Shown: positions 29,007 through 38,683, numbered from the stretch's first letter. The stretch: DNA of 64,000 bases from Gemmatimonadales bacterium (GCA_036558345.1 DATBFV010000157.1:321-64320); one strand, 5' to 3'. Numbers and translations are program-made. Notes: a model not told the origin generated them from the letters alone.

Positions 29007-32000
29007 ATGATCCGCCGCTCACTGGGTGTCGCGCTCTGGTCCATTGTCGGGCTGCTCGCCTGCTTTCTCGGGGCACTCAACGGGCTCGTCGGGACACGCG
29101 CCGGGAGAACGCTGCTCGCGCGCGTTGCCAGCTCGGTGGTCCGGAGCGCCGTGCACGGCTCGATCGACGTGGGCGAGGTGCGAGGCTCGTTGCTGACGGG
29201 CATCGTCCTCACCGACGTCCGGCTGATGGATCCTGACTCCACGCTCGTCGCGTGGCTGCCGCGCGCGGAGCTGGGCTACAACCCGATCGACTTCGCGGCG
29301 GGCCGCGTGGTGCTCATGGAGGTACGGCTCGAACGGCCGATTATCAACATTGTCCAGCACGCGACGGGACGAACCAATTTCGACGAGCTGCTGCGCCTCG
29401 GTGAAAAGGACACCGTCACGGTGAAGCCGCTCGGTCCGAGCGGCCCGCGCTCGCTCATCCTGCTACGCAACGTGCAGATCATGGACGGCTCGCTGACGCT
29501 GCGGCTGCAGAAGCATGGCGAAGTGACCAACGCGAACGAGGAGATCGAATTCTCCGGTGAGGACGGACGCTATCGCGTGCGCCGGTTCGAGCACCTGAAC
29601 GCGCGGCTCGCCGCGTTGCGGATTCAATCGCCCCGTGAGAAAGGCATCCGCATCGATGTCCTGCGCCTCGCGACCGAGGCCAGCGACCCCAAACTCTCGA
29701 TCGTCGATGCCGTGGGGCGTGTCACGCTCGATGGGCGCACGCTCGACGTGGATCTGTCGCGCGTGCGTTTCCCCGCGACGCAGTTCAGCGCGCGCGGGAC
29801 CGTGCGGTGGCCGCAGGACACGCTGCTGTGGAACCTCGCCATGCGCGCCGACTCGGCGACGCTGACCGATGTCCGATTCCTCGATCCGCGGTTCCCGGAG
29901 AATGCGGTGCTGCACGGCGGAGTGGCCCTGGTCTCGCATGGCGGCCGGCTGCTCGAGATCCAACTGCGCCCGCTCGATCTGTCCTTTGGGCAGGGCCGGC
30001 TGACGGGGCGCGTGACCGCGTTCAGCGCATCCGACTCAGGGCTCGTCGCGCTGCGTCAGGGCGACCTCATCGCACGCGACCTGTCGCTCGATCTTGCGCG
30101 CGTGTACATCGACTCGCTGCCGTTCTATGGACGCCTCACGGGCCGGACGATTGTCGACGGGCCTATGAGTGCCCTCAAAATCCAGACCGAGTGGTCGTTC
30201 CGCGACTCACTCGTGCCCGACTGGCCGGAATCACAAGTTCTTGGCCAGGGCGAGATCAACGTCGCCGGTCACGACCTCGGATTTCAGCCGTTCGAAGTGA
30301 CAACGGGAAGAATCGACATCGGCACCGTGCGGCGGCTCGTCCCCGGATTCGATCTCCAAGGCGAGCTCGACGCGACCGGCACGCTCACCGGCACGCTCAA
30401 GAACGCGATGTTCAGCGGCACGCTGCGTCATCACGACGGCGCCAGACCCGTGAGTCTCGTCAGCGGCGTGATGGGGCTCGACTTCCGCGGCGATGTCCTG
30501 GGCGTGTTTGCCGATATTCGCGCCGATTCCCTCGCGCTCGACGGACTGACCGGCCGGATTGCGGACTTCCCGCTCCGCGGCACGCTGGCCGGGACGATTC
30601 GCATGAGCGGCGATCTGACGGGCGTCGAAACGCACGCCGACCTCGGGATGCTGGGCGGCGGCGGGGCGCTGCGCGGGGACGGGACGCTGCTCCTCGGCGC
30701 TCGGGGCGTGCATCCCGGTTATGGCGCGCGCCGGTTCACGCTGCGCGCCCAGGATCTGAATCTGCAGCGCTGGCTGGCGCGGAAAGGCGCACCGCCATCC
30801 CGGCTCAGCTTCGTCGCGAGCGGCACCGTAACCGCGGACAGCGTGACCGAGCCCAACGGCGCCTTTACCGCGACGCTGGCGCCTTCGTTCTTCGCCGGTA
30901 CGATCATCGACACCGGCGCCGCGAGCATCCGTTTCGCGGACGGACGGATTCTCGTGGATTCGCTGCGTGTCCAGCAGCCGGGATTGATAACGAACGGCAG
31001 CGGATCGTTGGGATGGGAGCGTCCCGCCGTGGGCACGCTCCGCCTTGACTTCGATGCCGACAGTCTGAGCGTGCTCGATTCGCTGGTGACGTGGCTCGTT
31101 GGATTGCCCGTCACACCGACTCCCGAAGACAAGCTCAAAGGATCGGCGCGGGTCCAGCTCACACTCGACGGCGCGCTCGATTCGCTGGGGCTCGGAGGCA
31201 GCGCGCACGTCCTCGATTTGCAGTGGCGCGCCTGGCGCCTTCCGAAGGGAGAGGGCACGGCCACGTTCCACCCCGGTCCGGTGCCGAGTTTCGAGTTCGA
31301 TACGCAGATCGACTCACTGGGATACGGGCGCCTGGGTTTCGGGGCCGCGGCGGCGCACGCTCGGGGCACGCGCGACTCGCTCACCTGGTTCGCCCGCTCT
31401 CGAGTCGGGGATCTCGGCGCGTTCCTCGCCGGCGGCCGATATGAGCGCCCCGCCGGCGGTCCGCTCCAGAAGGCGATCGTGGATTCCCTCGCGCTGCTGA
31501 TCCCGAGCGGCGTCTGGTTCCTGCAGCATCCGACGGCGCTCGCGTTCAGCGACTCGGTGTTGCATGTCGATTCGACGTCCCTGCAGAACGCCAACGGCGG
31601 CGGGCGGATCGGCATCGGCGGCGATCTGCCGGTGCGCGGACCGATCAACGCACGCGTGACGCTGGACAGTTTCCCGCTGACCGGCGTCTACGCGCTGCTG
31701 CAGAGCGACACGCTGGGAGTTGCCGGCGCCATCACGGCGACGGTGTCCGCGACGGGCACACGGGCCAATCCCACCTACAGCGGGTCGTTCGCGTTCTCCA
31801 ACGCCGCCTTCGGTTCTTTCCGCGCCCCGTTCATGGACGGCATTCTGGACTACCGGAACCGCCGCCTGAACGGTGAGGTGCATCTCTGGCGGGCGGGGCA
31901 GCAGGTCTTGAACGTGACCGCCCATCTTCCGCTCGATCTCGCACTTGCGCCGGTCGCGCAACGCCAGCTTGGCGACACGCTGTCGGTGCAGGCGCAGGCG

Positions 32001-33401
32001 GACAGCGTGGACATGGGCGTGCTGGCGGCGGTGACTACCACCGTGCGGCAGGTCGGCGGCGTCTTCAGCGCCGATCTCGGCATCGGCGGAACGTGGGAGG
32101 CTCCCCTGCTGCGCGGCGGCCTCCAGATCGGAAGTGCGGCGGCGACGATTCCGGCGCTGAACGTGCGCTACACCAACATGAACGGCAGCTTCTCGCTGCG
32201 GGGCGACACGATACGCGTCGACAGTCTCACCGCCACCAGCGAGCGCGGCAAGGCGGAGCTGACCGGCTACATGCGGCTCGAGCGCCTGACCAGGCCCGTT
32301 CTGGCGCTGAACATCAACACGTCGGACTTCAAGGCGCTCGACCTGCGCGGTTACCTCGCGTTGACGGCAACCGGCCGCGTGCAATTGAGCGGCCCCGTAT
32401 TCGGCGCGACGCTCACCGGACGTGGTACCGTCACGTCGGGCGTCCTGCACTTCGCCGATCTCGTCAACAAGCGCGTCGTGAACCTGGACGAGCCATGGGT
32501 CCAGGACCTCATCGATACATCGCTGATACGCACCCAGCGGCTCGGTCCCGAGTTCGAGAGTGTGTTCTTCGACAGCCTGCAGGTGAAAAACCTGCAGATG
32601 ACGATGGGCGAGGATGTGTGGCTCCGGTCCAACGAAGCCAACATCCAGCTGACGGGGGCGGTCACCGTCAACAAGACGCGCGACCAGTACCTGCTCAGCG
32701 GCACGCTTTCGGCGCCGCGCGGCACGTATCGACTGATCATCGGTCCGGTCACACGCGAGTTCGTCGTGCGGCAGGGAACCGTGCAGTACTTCGGCACGCC
32801 CGATCTCGACGCAGCACTCGACATCGAGGCAAGCCACATCGTGCATCCGCTGCCGGGGGCGGGCCAACCCAAAGAGATCGATATTCTGGCGCATATTCGC
32901 GGCACGCTGCGGCTGCCGCGACTCACGCTCGAGTCGGAGGAGGGAGACTACTCACAGGCCGAATTGATCTCGTATCTCATCAGAGGTAAGCCGACATTTG
33001 AGCTGAGCGGCGGCGAGCGCTCCTACGTGTACGGTGTGTTCGCGTCGCTCGTCGCCGGCGAGCTCGAACGCACGGTCGTATCGGACCTCGGAGTCCCGCT
33101 CGATTATTTCGAGCTCCGGCCCGGCGATCCCGCCAATCCGCTCCTTGGCGCGCAGGTCTCCGCCGGCTGGGCGATCGGCGCCAAGACGTTCCTGGTGTTG
33201 AACGCGGGTTTTTGCCCGAAGCGGCAGACGCGGATCACCAACGCCCTCGGCGCGTCGCTGCAGTATCGCTTGAGCCCTGAGTGGCGCACGGAGGCGAGCT
33301 TCGAGCCGGTGCGCGAATGCTCGCTCACCGACCCCAACATTGTCACCACGCAGCAGTCGCGACAGGCCGGCTTCGACGTGTTCTGGGAGCGGCGCTACTA
33401 G
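29007..33401 (+). CDS. tamB: translocation and assembly module protein TamB (AsmA-like, DUF490 C-terminus)
   Basis: 1464 aa. N-terminal TM anchor, long beta-rich body and a TamB-type C-terminal domain. The ATG follows the tamA TAG with 0-nt gap. Confidence 0.8.
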   Translation: MIRRSLGVALWSIVGLLACFLGALNGLVGTRAGRTLLARVASSVVRSAVHGSIDVGEVRGSLLTGIVLTDVRLMDPDSTLVAWLPRAELGYNPIDFAAGRVVLMEVRLERPIINIVQHATGRTNFDELLRLGEKDTVTVKPLGPSGPRSLILLRNVQIMDGSLTLRLQKHGEVTNANEEIEFSGEDGRYRVRRFEHLNARLAALRIQSPREKGIRIDVLRLATEASDPKLSIVDAVGRVTLDGRTLDVDLSRVRFPATQFSARGTVRWPQDTLLWNLAMRADSATLTDVRFLDPRFPENAVLHGGVALVSHGGRLLEIQLRPLDLSFGQGRLTGRVTAFSASDSGLVALRQGDLIARDLSLDLARVYIDSLPFYGRLTGRTIVDGPMSALKIQTEWSFRDSLVPDWPESQVLGQGEINVAGHDLGFQPFEVTTGRIDIGTVRRLVPGFDLQGELDATGTLTGTLKNAMFSGTLRHHDGARPVSLVSGVMGLDFRGDVLGVFADIRADSLALDGLTGRIADFPLRGTLAGTIRMSGDLTGVETHADLGMLGGGGALRGDGTLLLGARGVHPGYGARRFTLRAQDLNLQRWLARKGAPPSRLSFVASGTVTADSVTEPNGAFTATLAPSFFAGTIIDTGAASIRFADGRILVDSLRVQQPGLITNGSGSLGWERPAVGTLRLDFDADSLSVLDSLVTWLVGLPVTPTPEDKLKGSARVQLTLDGALDSLGLGGSAHVLDLQWRAWRLPKGEGTATFHPGPVPSFEFDTQIDSLGYGRLGFGAAAAHARGTRDSLTWFARSRVGDLGAFLAGGRYERPAGGPLQKAIVDSLALLIPSGVWFLQHPTALAFSDSVLHVDSTSLQNANGGGRIGIGGDLPVRGPINARVTLDSFPLTGVYALLQSDTLGVAGAITATVSATGTRANPTYSGSFAFSNAAFGSFRAPFMDGILDYRNRRLNGEVHLWRAGQQVLNVTAHLPLDLALAPVAQRQLGDTLSVQAQADSVDMGVLAAVTTTVRQVGGVFSADLGIGGTWEAPLLRGGLQIGSAAATIPALNVRYTNMNGSFSLRGDTIRVDSLTATSERGKAELTGYMRLERLTRPVLALNINTSDFKALDLRGYLALTATGRVQLSGPVFGATLTGRGTVTSGVLHFADLVNKRVVNLDEPWVQDLIDTSLIRTQRLGPEFESVFFDSLQVKNLQMTMGEDVWLRSNEANIQLTGAVTVNKTRDQYLLSGTLSAPRGTYRLIIGPVTREFVVRQGTVQYFGTPDLDAALDIEASHIVHPLPGAGQPKEIDILAHIRGTLRLPRLTLESEEGDYSQAELISYLIRGKPTFELSGGERSYVYGVFASLVAGELERTVVSDLGVPLDYFELRPGDPANPLLGAQVSAGWAIGAKTFLVLNAGFCPKRQTRITNALGASLQYRLSPEWRTEASFEPVRECSLTDPNIVTTQQSRQAGFDVFWERRY

Positions 33402-34322
33402 ATGACGCGCGCACTGCTGATCACGAACCCCTTTGCGGCGCGGGCGGATGCGAAAACCGTCACGGCGGTGCTCGAGATACTCAGTCGCGGCGGCTGGAAC
33501 GTGGACCTGCGAACCATCGAAGGACCGGGCGATGCGCGCCGCATCGCCGAGGAGTCGCTCGGGCAGGGCTTCGATGTCCTGGTGAGCCACGGTGGAGACG
33601 GGACCGCGATGCAGGTCGCGGCGGCGATCGCCGGGTCGGGCATTGCGCTCGGTGTGGTCCCGGGCGGCACGGGCAATGTGCTCGCGGGTAACCTGCGGCT
33701 GCCGCGCACGTCGATCGGCGCGGCGCGCGCGTTGCTCAAGGCACGCTCGCACGCCATCGATCTGGGCGTCGTGCAGCGGTCGGACGGGGCCCACTACTTC
33801 GCCGTGGCCGCGGGCACGGGCTTCGACGCGGAGCTGATGGCGGGCACCGGTCGCGCGGAGAAGCGGCGCTGGAAGTTTGCGGCGTACATCGCGCGCGCGG
33901 CGATGACCCTGCCGTCGGTGCGTAGTGCGCCGCACCGCGTGACTGTGGACGGCGCCACTCAGGAAATTCGCGCCGCCATGTTGCTGGTGCTGAACTGTGG
34001 CCAGCTGCCGCCGGGATTTCTCAAGCTCCACGCCGACCTTTCCCCCGATGATGGCTGGCTCGACGTGGTGGCGCTCGACGCCGACGGCGCCTTTCAGAGC
34101 GCGAGCGCCGTCGTGGAGCTCCTGCTCGGCGATCGCAACGGCAAGGGACGGCGCGTGTGGTGGGCGCGTGGGCGCGCGGTGTCCGTCGATGTCCTGGACC
34201 AAGTGCCGCGACCGGTGCAGCTCGACGGTGAGGTGACGGGTACCACGCCGTTCGAGGCTCGGCTCCTGCCGGGCGCGCTCTCGGTGCTGGTCGGTCCCGC
34301 CTTCAAGGCATACGATGGCTGA
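33402..34322 (+). CDS. diacylglycerol-kinase-family lipid kinase (YegS/BmrU-like)
   Basis: LVSHGGDGT and GVVPGGTGN motifs of the DAGK catalytic domain. The ATG follows the tamB TAG with 0-nt gap. Confidence 0.85.
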   Translation: MTRALLITNPFAARADAKTVTAVLEILSRGGWNVDLRTIEGPGDARRIAEESLGQGFDVLVSHGGDGTAMQVAAAIAGSGIALGVVPGGTGNVLAGNLRLPRTSIGAARALLKARSHAIDLGVVQRSDGAHYFAVAAGTGFDAELMAGTGRAEKRRWKFAAYIARAAMTLPSVRSAPHRVTVDGATQEIRAAMLLVLNCGQLPPGFLKLHADLSPDDGWLDVVALDADGAFQSASAVVELLLGDRNGKGRRVWWARGRAVSVDVLDQVPRPVQLDGEVTGTTPFEARLLPGALSVLVGPAFKAYDG

Positions 34323-35658
34323 CACGCTGCTCCTCGTGGACGACGACATCGCCGTGCTGCGCGCGATCGGCGAATACTTCGAGCGGATTGGCTATGCAAT
34401 CTGGCGCACCGGTTCGGGTACGGAGGCCGTCGAGACCTTCCAGCGCATCCGGCCCGACGTCGTACTGCTCGACTTACAGCTTCCCGACTCCGATGGGCTG
34501 GGCGTGCTCGAGCAGTTGCGGCGGGAAGGCGCCGCGGTCGTGCTGCTCACCGGGCACGGAGACATCGAGACGGCTGTGAAAGCCATGCAGGCAGGCGCCG
34601 AGAATTTCCTGACGAAGCCGGTGGACATGCCGCATTTGGCGGCGGTGGTCGCTCGCGTCGTCGAGAAAGTGCGCCTGTCGCGTCAAAATGCTCGACTGAA
34701 GATGCTCGATCACGAAGGCGAAGGTCTGGCCTCGCTGGGCGTCTCCCCAGCCATGCGGGAGCTCGCGCGCCAAGTCGAGCTCGTCGCGACAAGCGAGCGA
34801 TCGACGGTTCTGCTCTCGGGTGAAAGCGGAACCGGGAAGGGTTGGGTCGCTCGAGTGATTCATAACCTGTCGCCGCGAAAGGGAGGTCCGTTCATCGAGG
34901 TGAATTGCGCGGGCCTGTCCGCAGCGTTTCTCGACACTGAGTTGTTCGGCAATGAGAAAGACGCATCGCCGGGCTCCCCGGAACGGACGGTCGGTCTCTT
35001 CGAGTTGGCTGATCATGGCACGATCTTTCTCGACGAGGTCGGTGAGCTGGCGGCGGAGCTGCAACCCAAGCTGTTGAACGTGCTCGAGACCAAGACATTC
35101 CGACGGGTGGGTGGCAACCGCGAGCTCACGGTAGACGTGCGGCTGATTGCCTCCAGCCACCGCGATCTGGTGAGTGAGGTGGAAGCTGGGCGCTTCCGTG
35201 AGGATCTGTACTATCGGATCAACGTCATGCCTCTGGTCCTGCCGCCCGTCCGAGACCGGTCGCGTGAAGACCGGCTGGATCTGATCACACGGATCCTTGC
35301 CGATCTCAAGACGCAGCTCCCGGGCTGCCCGAGCCAATGCACGACGGACGTTCTCGATCGGCTGCTCTCGGCCCCATGGCCGGGCAACGTGCGCGAGATG
35401 CGGAACGTGCTCGAGCGGGCGATGATTCTCGGGCGTGGCCACGCCGCGATCGGGTTCGAGCAGTTGCCCCCGGACCTGCGGCAACGCTCACCGATCGATA
35501 GACGCTATCAGGCGCAATCGCTGTCCGAGGTGGAGCGGCAACACATCGAGCGCACGCTGCGACATCATGGCGGGAACCGCACGCGCGCCGCGCTCGAGCT
35601 CGGGATTTCGCGCGCGACGCTCATCAACAAGATCAAGCAGTATGGGATGGCGATTTAG
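34315..35658 (+). CDS. NtrC-family response regulator (receiver + AAA+ + Fis HTH) with degenerate GAFTGA loop
   Basis: Receiver LLVDDD...LLDLQLPDSDG. AAA+ domain has GESGTGKG, FLDEVGEL and FREDLYYRINV. HTH is RTRAALELGISRATLINKIK. The GAFTGA position reads DASPGS. Confidence 0.85.
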   Translation: MADTLLLVDDDIAVLRAIGEYFERIGYAIWRTGSGTEAVETFQRIRPDVVLLDLQLPDSDGLGVLEQLRREGAAVVLLTGHGDIETAVKAMQAGAENFLTKPVDMPHLAAVVARVVEKVRLSRQNARLKMLDHEGEGLASLGVSPAMRELARQVELVATSERSTVLLSGESGTGKGWVARVIHNLSPRKGGPFIEVNCAGLSAAFLDTELFGNEKDASPGSPERTVGLFELADHGTIFLDEVGELAAELQPKLLNVLETKTFRRVGGNRELTVDVRLIASSHRDLVSEVEAGRFREDLYYRINVMPLVLPPVRDRSREDRLDLITRILADLKTQLPGCPSQCTTDVLDRLLSAPWPGNVREMRNVLERAMILGRGHAAIGFEQLPPDLRQRSPIDRRYQAQSLSEVERQHIERTLRHHGGNRTRAALELGISRATLINKIKQYGMAI

Positions 35659-35815
35659 GCTCGTTGCCTGACGGTGGGTCCGATCGTTCGGTCCAACAGT
35701 CCCGGTGTTGTAATTGCTTCGCCGAGCCACTCATCATGGCGTCCGGTTTGGTGGGATCGACCGGCTTGTGGCAGTAGGGGCAGATCAGCGATACCCCCAT
35801 CAGAGTGCTTCGCAT
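35633..35815 (-). CDS. small hypothetical Cys/His protein (60 aa)
   Basis: Strong AGGAGG 6 nt upstream of the ATG at 35815. Contains CPYC...HRDC. Third-position GC about 67% by my count. The 3' end overlaps the ntrC-like gene by 26 nt. Confidence 0.4.
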   Translation of the reverse strand: MRSTLMGVSLICPYCHKPVDPTKPDAMMSGSAKQLQHRDCWTERSDPPSGNEPKSPSHTA

Positions 35816-35929
35816 CGGAACCCTCCTGGCGACAATCTCATTGAAGAGTGTTCCGAAGCAATGGAGGTAACTTGCGTGGTCACGTCATCGAAACCCTACA
35901 CCCGTCGTAATTGGTGCTATGTTGGAACC

Positions 35930-36112
35930 ATGGAGAAGCCTAAGCTGAAAGAACATGACGGCATGCAATGCCGGTCGTGCGGCAATGAGGAGCGCGCGTC
36001 GGAGGGTTATCCCTGCGCGGACTGCGGGACCTTCATCTGCCTGATTTGTACGTTCCGAGGCGTGACGCGTTGTAAGGCGTGCGAGGAGAAGGCCAAGGCC
36101 GCGAAGGCCTAG
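35930..36112 (+). CDS. small 4xCxxC zinc-ribbon-like protein (60 aa)
   Basis: CRSC, CADC, CLIC and CKAC motifs. Third-position GC about 78% by my count. Alternative in-frame ATG at 35861. No clear SD. Confidence 0.5.
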   Translation: MEKPKLKEHDGMQCRSCGNEERASEGYPCADCGTFICLICTFRGVTRCKACEEKAKAAKA

Positions 36113-36732
36113 CCGCGTCGCCGCTTCATCTCCGCCAGCAGCTCTTCCCGCGGCGCGCCGAGCTCCTTGGCTAGTCTGTTCAACGCCGCGTCGGTTCCCG
36201 CCCAGTCGCGCGCCGCCGCGAGGGCATCCAAGGCCACATCTTCGATCGCGGCCGAGCGCTCCTCGAGGTCGCGCGTCCGCACCGCCACCTCTCGGGCGAG
36301 CCACTGCTCCAACTCGCGTCGGTCCACCTCGAGCTGGCGCTGGCGCAACGCCTGCTGCAACGACAACTCCAATTCCTCGAGATCGACGGGTTTTATCAGA
36401 TAGTCGTATGCGCCGAGCTTCAGGCATTCAATCGCGGTGCGCGGCTCGTCGATCGCCGTGAGCATGAGCACGGCGAGATCGTGATCGTGCGCGAGCACCT
36501 TGGGCAGCAGCTCCACGCCGCTCGCGTCCGGCATCCGGATGTCGCACAGCATCGCCTGCGGGCGCTGTACGGCGAGCATCTCCAGCGCCTGGGCGGCATT
36601 GGCGGCGGCGTGCACGTGATAACCCAGACGGGAGAGAAAGCGCGTGAGGGCCTGCCGGATGCCTTCTTCGTCGTCTACGACGAGCACGGTCGTACGATCG
36701 GCGGGAACTTTTGGCGGAGTCATGGCCGTCAA
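36109..36732 (-). CDS. response regulator (CheY-like receiver + C-terminal coiled coil, no DNA-binding domain seen)
   Basis: VLVVDDEEG...LCDIRMPDASG...DYLIKP receiver motifs. Start is TTG 36732 or ATG 36723. Confidence 0.8.
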   Translation of the reverse strand: MTAMTPPKVPADRTTVLVVDDEEGIRQALTRFLSRLGYHVHAAANAAQALEMLAVQRPQAMLCDIRMPDASGVELLPKVLAHDHDLAVLMLTAIDEPRTAIECLKLGAYDYLIKPVDLEELELSLQQALRQRQLEVDRRELEQWLAREVAVRTRDLEERSAAIEDVALDALAAARDWAGTDAALNRLAKELGAPREELLAEMKRRRG

Positions 36733-36759
36733 CGTTGTGGAAGTTATCTTGGCGCGTCA

Positions 36760-37677
36760 ATGAGCACATTGCGCACGAACCTCGCCGCCGTCCCGGGCAT
36801 CACGGTGGGCCACACGACCATCGAAGCGCACGGCACCGGTTGCACTGTCGTCCTGGCGCCGGAGGCGGGCATGCGGGCGGCCGTGTGCGTGCGCGGGCGT
36901 GCGACGGGGACGCGCGAGCTCGACGTGATGGATCCGGGGCATCTGGTCGAGCGCATCGACGCGATCCTGTTTACCGGCGGCTCGGCGCTCGGACTCGGCG
37001 CGGCCGACGGTGTGATGCGCTGGCTGCGAGAGCGCGGGCGCGGACTTCCGGTCGGTGATCAGGGCACGATTCCCATCGTGCCGTCTGCCGTGATCTTCGA
37101 CCTCGGCAACGCCGGGAAGCCGGTCGGCTGGCCCAGTCCGGACGATGCATATCGCGCGTGCGAAGGGGCGACGGAGGATTACGCGGAGGGCCGCGTTGGC
37201 GTAGGCCGCGGCGCCACGTGCGGCAAAGCGGCGGGACTCGAGAAGATGATTCCGGCCGGCATCGGGTCCTGGGCCGCCCGGTTCGGCGATGTGATCGTCT
37301 CGGCGTTGGTGGTCGTCAATGCCGTGGGGGACATTCGGAACGGGCGGGGCGAGATCATCGCCGGCAAGGTGGACAGCCTGCGCTACCTCGCGGAAGGCGG
37401 CGCACCGCTCGGCGACCCCGCGCGGCTGAATCGCAACACGACGCTGGCCGTGATTGCGACGAACGCCGACCTCGACCGCGTGCAACTGCAGGCGCTCGCG
37501 CAAACCGGCAGCGACGCGCTGGCGCGCCGCATCACTCCGTACGGGACGTTGTTCGACGGTGATGTCGTCTTCACCGTCAGCACGGCGACCACAATGCCAA
37601 AGTCACCGCTGCAGGTCGATGCCATCGCGGCCCTCGTCGTGCCGGAGGCTGTGGAGCGTTCGGTGCGGCATGGATAA
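36760..37677 (+). CDS. P1/S58 family peptidase (DmpA-like aminopeptidase)
   Basis: ATG at 36760. GITVGHTT...GTGCTVVL...FTGGSALGL...NTTLAVIATNA is a pattern typical of the DmpA/BapA Ntn-hydrolase family. Confidence 0.8.
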   Translation: MSTLRTNLAAVPGITVGHTTIEAHGTGCTVVLAPEAGMRAAVCVRGRATGTRELDVMDPGHLVERIDAILFTGGSALGLGAADGVMRWLRERGRGLPVGDQGTIPIVPSAVIFDLGNAGKPVGWPSPDDAYRACEGATEDYAEGRVGVGRGATCGKAAGLEKMIPAGIGSWAARFGDVIVSALVVVNAVGDIRNGRGEIIAGKVDSLRYLAEGGAPLGDPARLNRNTTLAVIATNADLDRVQLQALAQTGSDALARRITPYGTLFDGDVVFTVSTATTMPKSPLQVDAIAALVVPEAVERSVRHG

Positions 37678-38668
37678 GATCGAGCGCGCCGTCGATGACA
37701 TTCGCCGCAAATGGGTGCCCGACGGCCGCCTCGCTGTGTTCGAGGTGTCGCTGTTGCCCAAAGGCATCGCCGGTCTCACGTCGAGTCGCGACGCGCGTGA
37801 CGCGCTGCGGCGCCTCGCGAATGATGCGGAGCTCGTCGACAAAGTCGAGCTCATTCCCGACCAAATCGCCGAGCCGGCAGCGATCGTTACTGCGGCACTC
37901 GCGCCGCTGCTCCCCGAGCCAAAGATTCAGGCCGCGCGAGTCAGCGAAGTGCTGCACGGAGAGACGCTCGACGTCCTCGAGCGACGCGAGGCGTGGCTGC
38001 GTGTCCGCGCGCCGGACGGCTACATCGGTTGGCTCCACAATGGTTATGTCGCGACAGGGCCAAGTGACTGGGCCGAAGACTGGCGGGAGCGCGCCACGGC
38101 CCGCTCGCTCAGCGCCGACATCGTGATCACCGACGGGCGCCGCCGGCTTCCGACCGGCTCGCGTGTCGCGCTGAAGCGCGGCGTCGTGGAACTGGCGGAC
38201 GGGCAGCGTGGCGCCGTCACGTCCGGGCACGTGCGGCGTGAGCAGGAACTGCGTATCGAAGCCCGGCATCTCGCACTTCCAGAACTTGCGCAGAAGTGGT
38301 ACAGCGGAGCGCCGTATCTGTGGGGTGGCCGAACTGAGTGGGGAATCGACTGCTCCGGGTTAACGCAGGCGGTGTTCGCGGCGCGCGGAATCGAGTTGCC
38401 GCGCGACAGCGATCAGCAATTCGGTCAAGGCAAAGAAGTCACCATCGCGCCTGATGGCGCAGGCTACGAAGCGGGCGATCTGCTGTTCTTTGCGGAACGC
38501 GGCCGCGTGTCGCATGTGGCGCTCTGGGCCGGCGCCGGTCGCATCGTGCACTCGGCGCTGTCGCGGGGCGGCGTGGGGGGCGACGATCTCCTGGGACCGG
38601 AGCCCAGGATGGTTCGGCTACGTGACAGCCTGGTTGGGGTGCGAAGGATCATGGCCCCTAGCCGATAG
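37670..38668 (+). CDS. C40 (NlpC/P60) peptidase with N-terminal SH3b-like domains (YkfC-like)
   Basis: ATG at 37670 (8-nt overlap with the upstream gene). Catalytic region YLWGGRTEWGIDCSGLTQ...SHVALW. Confidence 0.8.
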   Translation: MDKIERAVDDIRRKWVPDGRLAVFEVSLLPKGIAGLTSSRDARDALRRLANDAELVDKVELIPDQIAEPAAIVTAALAPLLPEPKIQAARVSEVLHGETLDVLERREAWLRVRAPDGYIGWLHNGYVATGPSDWAEDWRERATARSLSADIVITDGRRRLPTGSRVALKRGVVELADGQRGAVTSGHVRREQELRIEARHLALPELAQKWYSGAPYLWGGRTEWGIDCSGLTQAVFAARGIELPRDSDQQFGQGKEVTIAPDGAGYEAGDLLFFAERGRVSHVALWAGAGRIVHSALSRGGVGGDDLLGPEPRMVRLRDSLVGVRRIMAPSR

Positions 38669-38683
38669 CCTTATTTTCTCTTC

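Noticed and set aside
31314-32894. Very long alternative-frame or antisense ORFs. Examples: 526 aa antisense to tamB, 672 aa at 43041..45059 antisense to the FTR1 gene, 425 aa at 103..1380, 465 aa at 32952..34349, and the N-terminal extensions of ORFs 40052.., 10449..11894 and 61023..62660.
   Set aside because: Typical high-GC shadow ORFs. They have Arg/Ala/Gly/Pro/His-rich low-complexity translations with no recognisable motifs. Each is fully covered by a gene in another frame or strand that has clear family signatures.
35821-35929. Possible sigma-54 (-24/-12) promoters near the NtrC-like regulator: CTGGCGACAATCTCATTGA at about 35826, and TGGTGCTATGTTGG at about 35912.
   Set aside because: GG-to-GC spacing is wrong (3 nt too long and 1 nt too short respectively). 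The -12 element is not TTGC. The second site sits only 5 nt from the ATG.
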